Shown here: in pieces, positions 12,048 through 25,229 of the stretch | How positions within the stretch are numbered: the stretch's first letter is position 1 | Layout of the letters: each line of letters starts with the position of its first letter | Assembly: GCF_963921235.1 (NCBI RefSeq) | Contig: NC_086109.1 | Location: 25,546,001-25,610,000, forward strand | Direction of reading: 5' to 3' | DNA length: 64,000 bases | DNA from: Mobula hypostoma | Lineage: Eukaryota | Translations under genes and position numbers: made by a program | The notes under the pieces: model-generated | What the model saw: the letters and a program-made list of their open reading frames with translations, nothing else | The model's database searches: none | Told to the model about the DNA's origin: nothing

Positions 12048-12429
12048 TAGCGTCATCACAAACACCCTTCAGCACTGGACAAGCGGATGTTCTTTGTGTG
12101 TTGGTTTTGATAATAAATTTGAGAAAGGTATACTATGATGGAATCCACTGCAATCTTAGGCACCTCATTTCTAAAGGAATGGGAACTCTTGACTGGAGAA
12201 AAATCTTCTCCTCTCGCAATCCTCTTGTCAAGCGAATGAAATAAAGGTTGTGCCTAGGACAATGTTCTGACCAACCTAAGCCACGATCAGAACAAAATTA
12301 TCTCTCAATCATTGCTACTACTACTTTATTAATCACACTTTTTCCAGAAAACGATCACTGCAATCAATACCCTGTCACTACGCTTTCGTAGTTGAGATTT
12401 TGAACTGCCTACTTTTGCAGTGTGAACTG

Positions 12430-13290
12430 AAATCTCAAAGGTGCAGGACAGTTGCAGTGTGGCGTGTATGGGCCGAATCAAGGTGGGGGGCCTGGGTCCA
12501 TGAGTGAAGAAGGAATCAATGTATGGCCTTTTCTGGAGCGGATGTGGAGCTGATTTGAAGCAGCAGACCCAAAGTGAGGCAGAGTTGAGCTGGTGAGGCC
12601 TGCACCCAAGAGTGAGGATCAAGCTGATGTTTGACCGATTTAAGCACTGGGCCAGATTGGAAAGTCAGGTACAGGCTGAATCGAGGTGGCAGAGCCCTGG
12701 CACAGGAGCGTATTGAGTCAGCAGCACCCGGGTTTGAGAGTGAGGAAAGAGATTATGTTTGGCTGATTTACGTGTCAGGCCAGACTGAAACGGTCAGGGT
12801 GTTGTGGACAGAAGCAAGGGACAGACCCGCATTTGGCTCACTGCTCAGTGAGGTTTACACATCCCTGCGCTGAACTGAGGCTGTGGTCTGCAGTTACTGG
12901 GCTCCTGGATCGGTTGTGACTGGCAGCATGGCTGTGAACTGACTTTCATAAACTTTAGTTCTGAATGCTATTTGCTTACTTTTTATTGTTTGCATGACTT
13001 CTTCTTTTTCGCACATTGGGTGTTTGATGGTCTGTTTTAATTGTTTCTATTAGGATTCTTTGTTTTGTGGCTGCCTGCAAGGAGATGAATTTCAAGAGTG
13101 TATACATACTTTGAACTTCGTTTCAATTCTTTTACACATTGGTTGTTAGTTATTTATAGTTTTTTCATAAATTCTGTTGAATTTCTCTATCTTCCTGTAA
13201 ATACCTGAAATAAAACACAGTCCACCTTTAGCACATGATGACATGTATCTCCTTTGATAATATATTTACTTTGAACTTTAGAACTTCAAA
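12430..13290 (+). mobile_element. Unclassified non-coding retroposon(s) with LINE-like (CTTTGAA)n tail
   Basis: T-rich 3' region ending ...atttactttgaactttagaac, similar to the Rex1-type tail at ~53070-53102. Confidence 0.4.
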
Positions 13291-13418
13291 GAAATGTGTT
13301 AGATTATTTTAGACATGAAAAGTACTGCAAACTCCTGGTTTCAGCACCTTGAACAGCTCCCTTCACCCTCAAGAAACACTGTGTCCTGGGTTCATGAGTA
13401 TTTCATCTTGATATAGTG

Positions 13419-13849
13419 CAGGGATTCTTAAGCCTTTTTTTTATGCCATAGACCCCTTAGGCAGTGCAGTGAAGCCCATGGACCCCTTCCCAGAATAACG
13501 TATTTAAATATAAATAATTAAATATACAGGATTAATAAAACACATTAAATAACAAGACAATACACTTAAGATATAGGCAAGTTAAATTTTTTAAAAATAT
13601 TATCAGCATGAAGACTGTTTTTGCTTAGCTTAAATAAGAACATTAAACTGTTTTGAAATTAAAATATCTCTGATTTGTATTGGTGACAAAGTCACAGGTA
13701 CTGTTAAACTATTGTGGTTTGTGGCCTACGTTCATAATTGAAGGAAATGCTAAATTTCATTTAGAGGTTAGTGAAAATAAAGATGTAAATTTCTTTCCCA
13801 TCCAAGTTCACAGATCCCCCGGAATCTATCCCCAGGTTAAGAATCCCTG
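13419..13849. mobile_element. hAT-Charlie non-autonomous element (Charlie4a/MER80-like)
   Basis: TIRs cagggattcttaa / ttaagaatccctg; 8-bp TSD atatagtg / ttatagtg (7 of 8). Family name is recalled, not searched. Confidence 0.85.
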
Positions 13850-15177
13850 TTATAGTGCAATGGGCTCAATTAGCCAAGTAAATTCTCTCTGTTTCTATGC
13901 AATAAAAAGAACAGACTGGTTACCTGGTTCTGTCCGATTTAACAAGCTCAAGGATTCAAGCAGGCTTAAAGTTTGCCTTCAGTTCCTAATTTCCAAAACT
14001 TCTATTGGAGCTGAGAAAAGCAGCACAAACACAAGGTTACGGGGGAAATCTGGGAATATCTCCACACTGTCTGCATCAAGCAAGAACTTTCCTAATGTTT
14101 TATGTTAAACATGCTCACAGAGTTAGGGCATGGATTATTTCTTTCTGAGGGATGGGATGAATCAGTGTGTATATATCATGCTTACAAAAGATTTTGGATG
14201 AAGATTCATCTCTTTTGATCTCATCAAAAGGCTGCACCTTGAGGAATAGAAAGCCAGATAATTGAGGCATTCAGGTAGGTGAATGAAAGGAAACAGTGTC
14301 CAGGATCACATTTCATTACATGTAGGTGATTACCAACTGGAGCGCTGAGAAAAATGCTCGTTAAGAAAACATATGGATAAGTAAGTCATCTGTGATGGTG
14401 AGATCTAAGGCAGTCAAGGGGTTCCTTCATCCAAAGATCTTATGAGGATTTTACCTGAGAAACCTTATCATATTCTTATTAGAAAAAAAAATTAAGTTGC
14501 ATACAATATCAAACAAATATAACCATGTAAATATGTGCTTGTGAACACGTTTACAGATGTATCTACCTAGCTTTCAAACTCACTGGAATCTTTTGTTTTG
14601 CATTATTGTGGAGGTTACTTGGCATTGTCTAAATGTAAGTTATGTGGAATCATTTAGGTGACGAATCACTAATGACTCACTCAGAAAACAAGCATGAGGA
14701 ATCTTTCAGAACGAAGTCTCATCCCTTGTGCTCTTAGGACAGATCCACCCTGTGCCTCACTATCCACAGCACATGGAATTGCTAAGGTTAAGTAGCTGTG
14801 GAACTTTTAAGACAATTTTCAAATCAATCAAGTATTTATGAAGTCATAGACAAAGGCTTTTCACTGACACACTGCTGAATTTTTTAAAAACGCAGCCGCA
14901 CCGCAAGGATTATGTCTATTTGATTAGAGACCAGCTGCAAGGGGCAATGACACTCAAGGTCCTCGTAGCAGCCCAGCTGTTCCCTGGGGACCTGTGCATA
15001 CATACACTTGTCTGCATTATCCCACATGCCTTATATAGCCCTTCTCATGCAACCATCCTCAGAGGTACAGCATACAAAAGTATCCTCAACCACATGGTAA
15101 CAAACATGTATACCTCCCTCATAATTGCATGCCAAAATTGAGACATGATATATTCTTATATCTACATCCTATTTTTT

Positions 15178-15178
<1 letters not shown>

Positions 15179-15242
<64 letters not shown>
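15179..15242. repeat. (CT)n(CA)n compound microsatellite
   Basis: Seen directly. Confidence 0.97.
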
Positions 15243-15245
<3 letters not shown>

Positions 15246-15569
15246 TACCTCGAGCACACATTCTCCCAGAACTTGTCCACATGTAACCTACCTTCAAACA
15301 TTTGCTTGATCCCAAGAGCACAAAAATATAGGAGCACCAGCACCAGTAGGTCAGCAGGTTCCTCAGGTCAGTCCAGCCATTCAATATGATCATGGCTGAT
15401 ATATACGATCCTCTTCTGTAACAATTCCCCATCATCCTCATTTCCATAATCTATCAAATATTTATCTGTTTCCATCTTAAGAGAATTCCAGAGATTCAAT
15501 ATCGTGAGGAGAAATTTCTACGCACCCCAGTTTTAAATGACTGACTCCTTTCTTGGAATTAGAGACAAA

Positions 15570-17140
15570 GACCATCAGCATAGAAACAGGTCCTTCAGCC
15601 CATTGTGTCTATGCCAACCATCAACCCTGTCCAATACTAGTCCCACTTACCTGTATCTCTTCCAGGTCTCCCTACACCCTGCTCTTTCAAGTACCTGTCC
15701 AGATGGTTCAATGATTTGTCTGCTCTTTACTCCACCACCTTCTCAGGCAGCTTATTCCAAATACCAACTACTCGCAGTGTGAAAAATATCCTTAGATCTG
15801 CTTTAAACATCCTGCCTCTTATCTATAACCGACGCTCTTCTATTTTTAGATGTCCCTACTCACTCTATCTATGCTATATATGCCTTCATTATTGTATATA
15901 CATCTATCATGTCACCTCAGCCTCTTCACTCCAGGGAAAACAAACCCAGCCTATCCAATATTTCTTGATAATTCAAGAACTCCAATCCAGGCAATGTCCT
16001 TATGAATACTGCCTGCACCGCTTCCAGCTTAACCACATTGTGTCTGTAGAATAGGTGATCAGAACTGTACACAATATTCCAAATGTGGCCATTTTGAACA
16101 ACTGTAACATTACATCCCAACTCTCATGCTAACTGCCTTGACTGATGATGTTGAGCACCTTCTTCTCCACTCCATTTCTATCAGTATTCCCATTTTGAGG
16201 GACTGATGTATTTGTACCCTAAATTCTCTATGTTCAACAGCACCCCCAGAGCCCTGCTATTCACTGTATATGTCCTGCCCTGGATTATCCTTCAAGATGC
16301 TTAACGTCACTGTTCTCTGAGTTAATCTACATTTACCTTGCCCACTCATCTATATCCTGCTGTGATCTGAGACAACCTTTTTCACTGTCCGCTCTGACAC
16401 CAATTTTCATGGTATCGGCAAACTTCCTAATCGTGGCTCCTACATTCCCATCTAAATCATTAATATATACAAGACAACAAAGGACCCAGCACTGACCTCC
16501 AATCTGACAAACAATGCTCCATTAACTCTATCTCATTCCAGCAAACCAATTTTATATCCAATTGACCAGCACACCCTGGATCCCACTTGTTCAAACCTTC
16601 CAACCATCCTGGCATGCAGGACTTTTTTTGAGATAATGCCAGGAGATAAAATAAACCATTCAATTTCACCTTCAAGGAAAGACTTCCCTGCTCTTGGTGA
16701 CCTCTTCAAAATATGCTAATTCATAAGACATGGTTTTCTGCACATGAATTTGTGCTGACTATCCTAAGTCAAACTTTGCCTTGCCAAATACTAATAAATA
16801 CTGTCCCCTTCCTTCCGATAATTTTCCCACTGTTGACCACCACTCCCACCAGTCTGTGACTCTGGCCTATTGCTACTACCTTTCTTAAATAAAGGCAGAA
16901 CATTTGCTATCCTCCAGTCTTCTCGTACTTCAGCTATGGCTAACAAAGATACAAAAGTCTCTGCCAAGTTCCCAACAATCTTGTCTCTTGCTTCCTCTAA
17001 CATCCTAAGATACAACTGGTCAGGCCCTGGGGATTTATACATCCTCTATGAATTTCAAGGCAATCCCTTTTATGATGTTAATATCACTGTTCTCTCCCCT
17101 AACTCACTTGCTTCCTTGTCCTTTTCCACACTAAGTACAT
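15570..17140 (-). mobile_element. Old, decayed CR1 LINE fragment (RT to 3' UTR)
   Basis: Remnant peptides KSPGPDQLY...EDWRIANVLPLFKKG and LPGLEFLNYQEILDRLGLFSLE. Confidence 0.8.
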
Positions 17141-17695
17141 ATTAAAAGTCCCTTTGTATCCTCTTTGTACACATGACTTATCCCCTGTTCTTTCTCAAGA
17201 CTTGTCTCTTTCTCACACATACTCAAACACATATATACTCACAACAGCTTGATAACCAGTACCAGTCTCAAGTGACCTGTTGCCTGGATAATTTTCCATG
17301 ACAACACTGATTCACGTGACAATCTTTCCTTGAAGGTGAAATTGAATGGTTTATTTTATCTCCTGGCATTATTTCAAAAATAGAAAAGAGCCTTTAGACA
17401 AAAATATCATCAATCACTTTAAAACTGTGCTTAATAAAAATGTTTATTCATTAATGGGTTATTACCCATAAATTATGCGATATTGAACTAAAGCCAGAGA
17501 AAAGGCAAAGGGGAACAGAATCTGCTTCAATTACAATTGTATTCTGATCTATAGGGAAGTCCTCAGAACCGGAGGTGATAGGAATAATTGAGGAGTATGA
17601 GAATAAAAAAGAGAAAAAAGGTTAGCACACTAAGGAGCTGGAGGAACTCAGCAAGTCAGGCAGCATCATTGAACTGGTGAAGCGGCTTGACCCAA

Positions 17696-20600
17696 AATAT
17701 AACCATATAACAATTACAGCACAGAAACAGGCCATCTCGGCCCTTCTAGTCCATGCCGAACTCTTACTCTCACCGAGTCCAATTGACCTGCACTCAGCCC
17801 ATAACCCTCCATTCCTTTCCTGTCCATATATCTATCCAATTTAACTTTAAATGACAACATCGAACCTGCCTCAACCACTTCTGCTGGAAGCTCGTTCCAC
17901 ACAGCTACCATTCTCTGAGTAAAGAAGTTCCCCCTCATGTTACCCCTAAACTTTTGTCCTTTAACTCTCAACTCATGTCCTCTTGTTTGAATCTCCCCTA
18001 CTCTCAATGGAAAAAGCTTATCCACGTCAACTCTATCAATCCCCCTCATAATTTCAAATACCTTTATCAAGTCCCCCCTCAACCTTCTACGCTCCAAAGA
18101 ATAAAGACCCAACATGTTCAACCTTTCTCTGTAACTTAGGTGATGAAACCCAGGTAACATTCTAGTAAATCTTCTCTGTACTCCCTCAATTTTATTGACA
18201 TCTTTCCTATAATTCAGTGACCAGAACTGTACACAATACTCCAAATTTGGCCGTACCAATGCCTTATACAAATTCAACATTACATCCCAACTCCTTTACT
18301 CAATGCTCTGATTTATAAAGGCCAGCATACCAAAAGCTTTCTTCACCACCCTATCCACATGAGATTCCACCTTCAGGGAACTATGCACCATTATTCCTAG
18401 ATCCCTCTGTTCTACTACATTCTTCAATGCCCTACCATTTACCATGTATGTTCTATTTTGATTAGTCCTACCAAAATGTAGCACCTCACATTTATCAGCA
18501 TTAAACTCCATCTGCCATCTTTCAGCCCACTCTTCTAACTGGCCTAAATCTTTCTGCAAGCTTTGAAAACCTACCTCATCATCCACAACACCACCTATCT
18601 TATTATCATCTGCATACTTACTAATCCAATTTACCACCCCATCATCCAGATGATTAATATATATGACAAACAACATTGGACCCAGTACAGATCCCTGAGG
18701 CACACCACTAGTCACCGGCCTCCAATCTGACACACAGTTATCCACCACTACTCTCTGGCATCTCCCATCTAGCCACTGCTGAATCCATTTTACTACTTCA
18801 ATATTAATACCTAATGATCGAACCTTCCTAACTAACCTTCCATGTGGAACCTTGTCAAAGGCCTTACTGAAGTCCATATAGACAACATCCATCGCTTTAC
18901 CCTCGTCAACTTTCCTAGTAACCTCTTCAAAAAATTCAATAAGATTTGTCAAACATGACCTTCCACGCACAAGTCCATGTTGACTGTTCCTAATCAGACC
19001 CTGTCTATCCAGATAATTATATATATCATCTCTAAGAATACTTTCCATCAGATTACCCACCACTGATGTCAAATTCACAGGCCGATCATTGCTAGGTTTA
19101 CTCTTAGAACCCTTTTTAAAGAATGGAACAACATGAGCAATATGCCAATCCTCCGGCACCATCCCCGTTTCTAATGATATTTGAAATATTTCTGACAGAG
19201 CCCCTGCTATTTCCACACTAACTTCCCTCAAGGTCCTAGGGAATATCTTGTCAGGATCCGGAGACTTATCCACTTTTATATTCCTTAAAAGCGCCAGTAC
19301 ATCTTCTTCTTTAATCATTATAGTTTCCATAACTTCCCTACCTGTTTCCCTTACCTTACACAATTCAATATCCTTCTCCTTAGTGAACACCGAAGAAAAG
19401 AAATTGTTCAGAATCTCCCCCATCTCTTTTGGCTCCACACATAGCTATCCACTCTGATTCTCTAAGGGACCAATTTTATCCCTCACTATCCTTTTGCTAT
19501 TAACATAATTGTAGAAACCCTTTGGATGTATTTTCACCTTACTTGCCAAAGCAACCTCATATCTTCTTTTAGCTTTTCTAATTTCTTTCTTAAGATTCTT
19601 TTTACATTCTTTATATTCCTCGAGCACCTCATTTACTCCATGCTGCCTATATTTATTGTAGATATCTCTCTTTTTCCGATCCAAGTTTCCAATATCCCTT
19701 GAAAACCATGGCTCTCTCAAACTTTTAACCTTTCTTTTCAACCTAACAGGAACATAAAGATTCTGTACCCTCAAAATTTCACCTTTAAATGTCCTCCATT
19801 TCTCTATTACATCCTTCCCATAAAACAAATTGTCCCAATCCACTCCTTCTAAATCCTTTCGCATCTCCTTACAGTTGGCCTTTCTCCAATCAAAAATCTC
19901 AACCCTGGGTCCAGACCTATTCTTCTCCATAATTATATTGAAACTAATGGCATTGTGATCACTGGACCCGAAGTGCTCCCCAACACATACCTCCGTCACC
20001 TGACCTATCTCATTCCCTAAAAGGAGATCCAACACTGCCCCTTCTCTAGTTGGTACCTCTATGTATTGCTGCAAAAAACTATCCTGCATACATTTTACAA
20101 ACTCCAAACCATCCAGCCCTTTTACAGTATGGGCTTCCCAGTCTATGTGTGGAAAATTAAAATCTCCCACAATCACAACCCTGTGCTTACTACAAATATC
20201 TGCTATCTCCTTACAAATTTTCTCCTCCAATTCTTGCTCCCCATTTGGTGGTCTATAATACGCTCCTATAAGTGTTACTGCACCTTTCCCATTCCTCAAT
20301 TCCACCCAAATAGTCTCCCTAGACGAGTCCACTAATCTATCCTGCCAGAGCACCGCTGTAATATTTTCTCTGACAAGCAATGCAACACCTCCCCATCTTG
20401 TCCCTCCAATTCTATCACACCTGAAGCAATGAAATCCAGGAATATTTAGTTGCCAATCACACCCCTCCTGTAACCATGTTTCACTAATAGTTACCACATC
20501 ATACTTCTAGGTATCAATCCATGCTTTAAGCTCATCCGCCTTTCTTATAATGCTCCTAGCATTAAAATAAATGCATTTAAGAAATTTTCCACCTGTTACT

Positions 20601-20822
20601 CTCCATTTATCACTAACGGTGCAAACAACTTTACTATCTTCTTTTTCTTCCTTCTCCCCTACATCTGTTCCTGCACTCTAGTTCCCCTCTCCCTTGTATC
20701 TAGTTTAAATCCACTGGAGCCTCTCTAGCAAACCTATCTGCAAGAATATTTGTCCCCCTCTAGTTCAGATGTAATCCATCCCGCTGGAACAGGTCCCACC
20801 TTCCCTGGAAAACTGCCCAATT
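17696..20822 (-). mobile_element. Young 5'-truncated CR1 LINE (second subfamily): ORF1 tail + ORF2
   Basis: Tail ataaccatataacaattacagc; ORF1 end ...DGLHLN*RGTNIL at ~20700-20820; ORF2 follows. Inserted into a Penelope-end repeat. Confidence 0.92.
17714..20580 (-). pseudogene. CR1 ORF2 (EN + RT) with three in-frame nonsense codons and no frameshift seen
   Basis: CIYFNARS, ISETWL, VGDFN, SDHN, DFSKAFDKVPH, GVPQGSVLGP, KYADD; stops near 20508, 19445 and 18296. Confidence 0.92.
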
Positions 20823-21827
20823 TGACTGCCCATTTCCATCCACAGATCTTGCCTGACCCATTATGTTCTAGCAGTTCCTTCATGGATTGCTTCTGACTTG
20901 CAGCATCCCCAGTCTCTTGTGTCTCCTAAGAGAAAAGACTATAAATTACTAAATTAGTTTATTATTGTCACAAGTACTGAAGTATGGTGAAAAACTTTAT
21001 TTTGTATTCCATCCATACAAGTGCATTGAGTTAGTGTGAAAGAAAATAATACCAGAATGCAGGATGATGTGTTGGAGCTACAGATAAATGCAGTGCAGAC
21101 AGACCGTAAGATGCAAGGCCATAATCAGGTGGATTGTGTGAGGTCCTCTGTCATTCTACAGAACTATTCAATAGAGATACAAGTTGAAGTTGACCCTGAT
21201 AATTTTTCAGAGATTTGAAGGAAGTGGAGCGGTGGGAGGTATATTGGTTAAGGACCAAGCTCCAAGATGCAGAGGTTGAAACAAGTGAGGAGAAGAGGGA
21301 CACAGAGAGGAGTAGAGATCTGGAGGCTGAGTCCAATGTTTTGGGGCAAACAGACAGAGGATATCTCCTCACTTTCCATCATTCCGACAACTCTGTTTCG
21401 TCAACAGTTTCATCTCTTAAGCTGATTGGACTAACTCAAATCTGGGTAAAGTCTAATTAGTAGTTCCATAAAATAAAAAAAGATCACTGGAATTTTATAA
21501 AGGACTCTAAATTGCAGATCAATATCCATATTAGGGAGGGGTGAATTTAATCAATTTATTTTCAGATCTGGTTGAAGATTATTAATTCTCAATTTTATGG
21601 CTCTTCCATTAATTTACTGTGAAAATAAAGATAAAGGAATAGAATCATTTTTATTGTTCATTTTGTATAGAGTTTGAAAAGGGTTACAGTTCATTGTGCA
21701 GTAGGATCACTGATGGTTCCAGCTCAGAGCCAATTTCCTTTGCCAGTTTTGAGATTAAGGTTGTTTGTGGCTATTTTAATTCATTCCTTTTTGCAGCCTT
21801 ACAAATCTTCTGATATTCCTTCCAGAC

Positions 21828-21905
21828 CAGTCAGTCAGTCAGTCAGTCTCTTTCTTGTGCTCTCTCTCTCTCTCTCTCTCTGTCACACACACACACACAC
21901 ACACA
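21828..21905. repeat. (CAGT)n, (CT)n and (CA)n microsatellites
   Basis: Seen directly. Confidence 0.9.
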
Positions 21906-22829
21906 ATGCTGGAGGAGATCAGCAAGCCAGACAGCTTCCATTGTGTTTATGATTCCTTCTTCTGCAGACTGTAAAAGGTCCTGCCATTTACAGGAGAGAC
22001 TAGGGTAGGCATACCTCAAAGAGTCTTGACTGCTTCATATAAACCGAGTTGATTTCTGATTCCTCCAGTACATTGTATTTTGCTGTGGAAAAGCAGATGG
22101 GCAGATGGTGGAAGTGGAAAAAAGGAGGAAGTTATTTCAGATTCAAACTGTGTTTACGTGCTTAAGTGTCAGAGGCATCAATGTAAATGAGGCAATTGCT
22201 TTGATTTTATGAGAACTGAGCACAGATTTCCACGTGTAAGCTTGTCGGAAAATGCACTGATGGATAAATAGACAAGTATTTTATGGATAGTAGAGGACTG
22301 GTGAATGCTAAAACCTTTGTTAATTATCTGTTGAAGTTCAAGACCATTCAAGTGCCATCCACAATGAAACAGAAAGGGCAGAGTTCTTCTTATTGAGAAC
22401 AAGTTACTCTGGTTATTATGACAAGTTAGGTTTTCCATTCTATTGTTCCTTCAGTGTTGAGCACAGCAGTTAATAAATGAAATATCTGGTGATAAAGCAT
22501 ATAAGATTTGCCAGTAGCCATTACCCCTTCCTGCTTGGTAATCTCCAACAGTTCCCTGACTTTGAGCTTCCAAACCCCCACTATTGCCGGCAGTGTATTC
22601 CACAGAAGGGTCCCGTGAGGAGGTGCTGTTTGTTAAAAGGCCAGGTAGGAGGTGCACAGAGATCTTAGAGAGTTCCAAAGCTGAAGAGATTACAGAAGGC
22701 AAACACATATTTCGATTTTAAAAGAAAGGAAGAAAACTTAACCTCTGCAAGGTTGTCTGGTTGAGCCAAAGCAGATAAAAAAAAGTTGGTAGGTGAACGA
22801 GAAACAGGGACATTAACTTCTTTCCTCTA

Positions 22830-23000
22830 AAACATGAGAAAATCTGCAGATGCTGGAAATCCCTACCCCCTCCTTCTTACTCTAACTTCCCCTCTTTCTT
22901 TCCAGTCCTGCCAAAGGGTCTCGGCCCGAAGTGTCGACTGTACTCTTTTCCATAGATGCTGCCTGACCTTCTGAGTTCCTGCAGCAATGTGCGTGTTCTT
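22830..23000 (+). mobile_element. Penelope-type terminal fragment with degenerate hammerhead
   Basis: cagtc ctgccaa agggtctcggccc gaag tgtc gactg ... gatgctgcctgacc; core mutated. Confidence 0.7.
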
Positions 23001-23156
23001 GCTCTTCTTTCTTCTCTCTGCTGATGCTGTCTGACTTGTTGTGAACTTCCTGCATTTTCTGTTTTTACTTCAAATTTCCTGTCTTTTGCTTTTGGAACGT
23101 AATGTAAAATTGCCGTACAGACAGAGAATGTTGGATCAGCTCAAGTTTACAGAGGG

Positions 23157-24986
23157 TTAAAAAGGTCAACTAGACAAGGTTGTCCATTATCACCTGCTTT
23201 ATTTGTACTGGCGATAGAGCCATTAGCAGAACTAATCAGAATTGATCCAGATATTATGGGTTTTAGAGTTAATCAGGAGGAATATAAAATTAATCTTTTT
23301 GCCGATGATGTTTTGATCTATTTAACAAACCCACAACATTCGTTACATAAACTATCTTCTAGATTGGATGAATATGGGAAGGTATCAGGTTACAAAATAA
23401 ATTGGGATAAAAGTGAAATTTTACCTCTTACTAAAGGAGACTATAGTCAATGTCGATTAGTAACCCAATTTAGATGGCCAGTAAATGGTATAAAGTATTT
23501 AGGTATAAGACTTGATAATGATGTAAAGAATTTATATAAATTTAATTATTTGCCACTGTTGAAAAAAATTCAAGAAGATTTTGACAAATGGATGATACTA
23601 CCAATAACATTAGTAGGTAGAGTCAATGTTGTAAAAATGAATATCTTTCCTAGATTACAGTATTTGTTTCAAACATTACCAATACAATTGCCACAGAAAT
23701 TTTTTCAAGAGTTAAATAAATGTGTGAGAAAATTTCTTTGGAAAGGTAAAATGTCAGGAATATCATTCGAAAAATTGACATGTAAATTTAGGTTAGGAGG
23801 GTTACAACTTCCAAACTTTAAAAACTATTATAAAGCAAATCAACTTAGATTTATTGCATCTTTCTTCGATGATCAAAAACCAGCATGGATTAAAATAGAA
23901 CTAGATAAGATAGGAGAAAATAGACCTGAAGATTTTATATATAAATGGGAATCTAAATGGATACGGGAAAAGAAAGAATCTCCTATATTAACACATTTGA
24001 TTGATTTATGGAATAAGATAAATGATGATAATGAAACACAGAAATCTCTATTAGCAAGGAGACCTTTGTTTCAAAACAGACTTATTCCTTTTACAATGGA
24101 CAATCAACTTTTATATAATTGGTACCAAAAAGGGATTAAATTTATAGGAGATTGTTTTGAACAAGGTACATTGATGTCATTTGAACAATTAAAGGATAAA
24201 TATAAAATATCTAATAATACTTTCTTTTGTTACTTTCAATTAAGGGCTTACTTAAAAGGTAAGCTGGGTCAAACAATGTTTTTGCCAAAACCTAATGAAA
24301 TTGAAATTTTAATTCAAAAAGGGAAAATTAAAAAATGTATTTCTTGTATGTATAATTTGATTCAAGAACAGACAATTAAACAAGGAACCCATAAGTCAAA
24401 GCAAAAATGGGAAACAGATTTGAATATTAATATTGATGAAACAAATTGGTCAAGACTCTGTCTTGACAGTATGACAAATACAATAAATGTTCGACTTAGA
24501 TTAGTACAATATAATTTTTTACACCAATTATATATTACACCACAAAAAATGAATAGATTAAATTCAAATCTATCTGATAAATGCTTTCGGTGTAATCAAG
24601 AAATTGGTACTTTTTTACATTCTACTTGGTCTTGTTTTAAAATTCAACCCTTTTGGATAAATTTAAGAGTCTTATTGGAACAAATTACTGGAACTCAACT
24701 TCCACATAACCCTGTATTATTTCTATTAGGTGATATTGAAGGGATAAAACCGAAACTTAAATTGAATAAATATCAGAAAGAATTTATAAAAATTGCATTG
24801 GCAGTAGCTAAGAAGACTATAGCAGTTACTTGGAAATCTGATTCGTATTTAAGTATGGATCGTTGGAATAATGAAATGGCTAGTTCTATTCCACTCGAAA
24901 AAATTACTTATAATTTAAGAGATAAATATGTAACATTTTTGAATATTTGGCGCCCTTATTTACAAAAGATAGGATGGCATATTTAA
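23157..24986 (+). CDS. L1 ORF2 C-terminal part (RT palm/thumb + CCHC), uninterrupted but 5'-truncated
   Basis: RQGCPLSPALF, LFADDVL, IKYLGI, GGLQLPNF, CFRC-x8-H-x4-C; no stop codon over about 610 codons. Confidence 0.88.
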   Translation, partial: LKRSTRQGCPLSPALFVLAIEPLAELIRIDPDIMGFRVNQEEYKINLFADDVLIYLTNPQHSLHKLSSRLDEYGKVSGYKINWDKSEILPLTKGDYSQCRLVTQFRWPVNGIKYLGIRLDNDVKNLYKFNYLPLLKKIQEDFDKWMILPITLVGRVNVVKMNIFPRLQYLFQTLPIQLPQKFFQELNKCVRKFLWKGKMSGISFEKLTCKFRLGGLQLPNFKNYYKANQLRFIASFFDDQKPAWIKIELDKIGENRPEDFIYKWESKWIREKKESPILTHLIDLWNKINDDNETQKSLLARRPLFQNRLIPFTMDNQLLYNWYQKGIKFIGDCFEQGTLMSFEQLKDKYKISNNTFFCYFQLRAYLKGKLGQTMFLPKPNEIEILIQKGKIKKCISCMYNLIQEQTIKQGTHKSKQKWETDLNINIDETNWSRLCLDSMTNTINVRLRLVQYNFLHQLYITPQKMNRLNSNLSDKCFRCNQEIGTFLHSTWSCFKIQPFWINLRVLLEQITGTQLPHNPVLFLLGDIEGIKPKLKLNKYQKEFIKIALAVAKKTIAVTWKSDSYLSMDRWNNEMASSIPLEKITYNLRDKYVTFLNIWRPYLQKIGWHI

Positions 24987-25229
24987 GTGCTCCGATAAAG
25001 ACCTGGGTCCCTTGGGGAAAGTAACGAATAATTATACCAAATTTATTTTGAATCCCATGGAGCATGTGGAAACATTCCAACATCCAGGCGGCTCTTTTCT
25101 TTTTTCTCTCTTTCTTTCTTTTTAGGTAGGACTATATATATGGGGGGGGGGGGTTAAGGGGAGGGGGAGGGTAGATTTTATCTTTTCATGTATTCTTTTT
25201 GAAAACTCAATAAAAATTATATTAAAAAA
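23158..25229 (+). mobile_element. 5'-truncated L1-clade LINE with poly(A) tail and 15-bp TSD
   Basis: TSD aagtttacagagggt at 23143-23157 and 25230-25244; AATAAA at ~25209 and A-tail; G-rich 3'UTR tract at 25142-25171. Confidence 0.93.
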
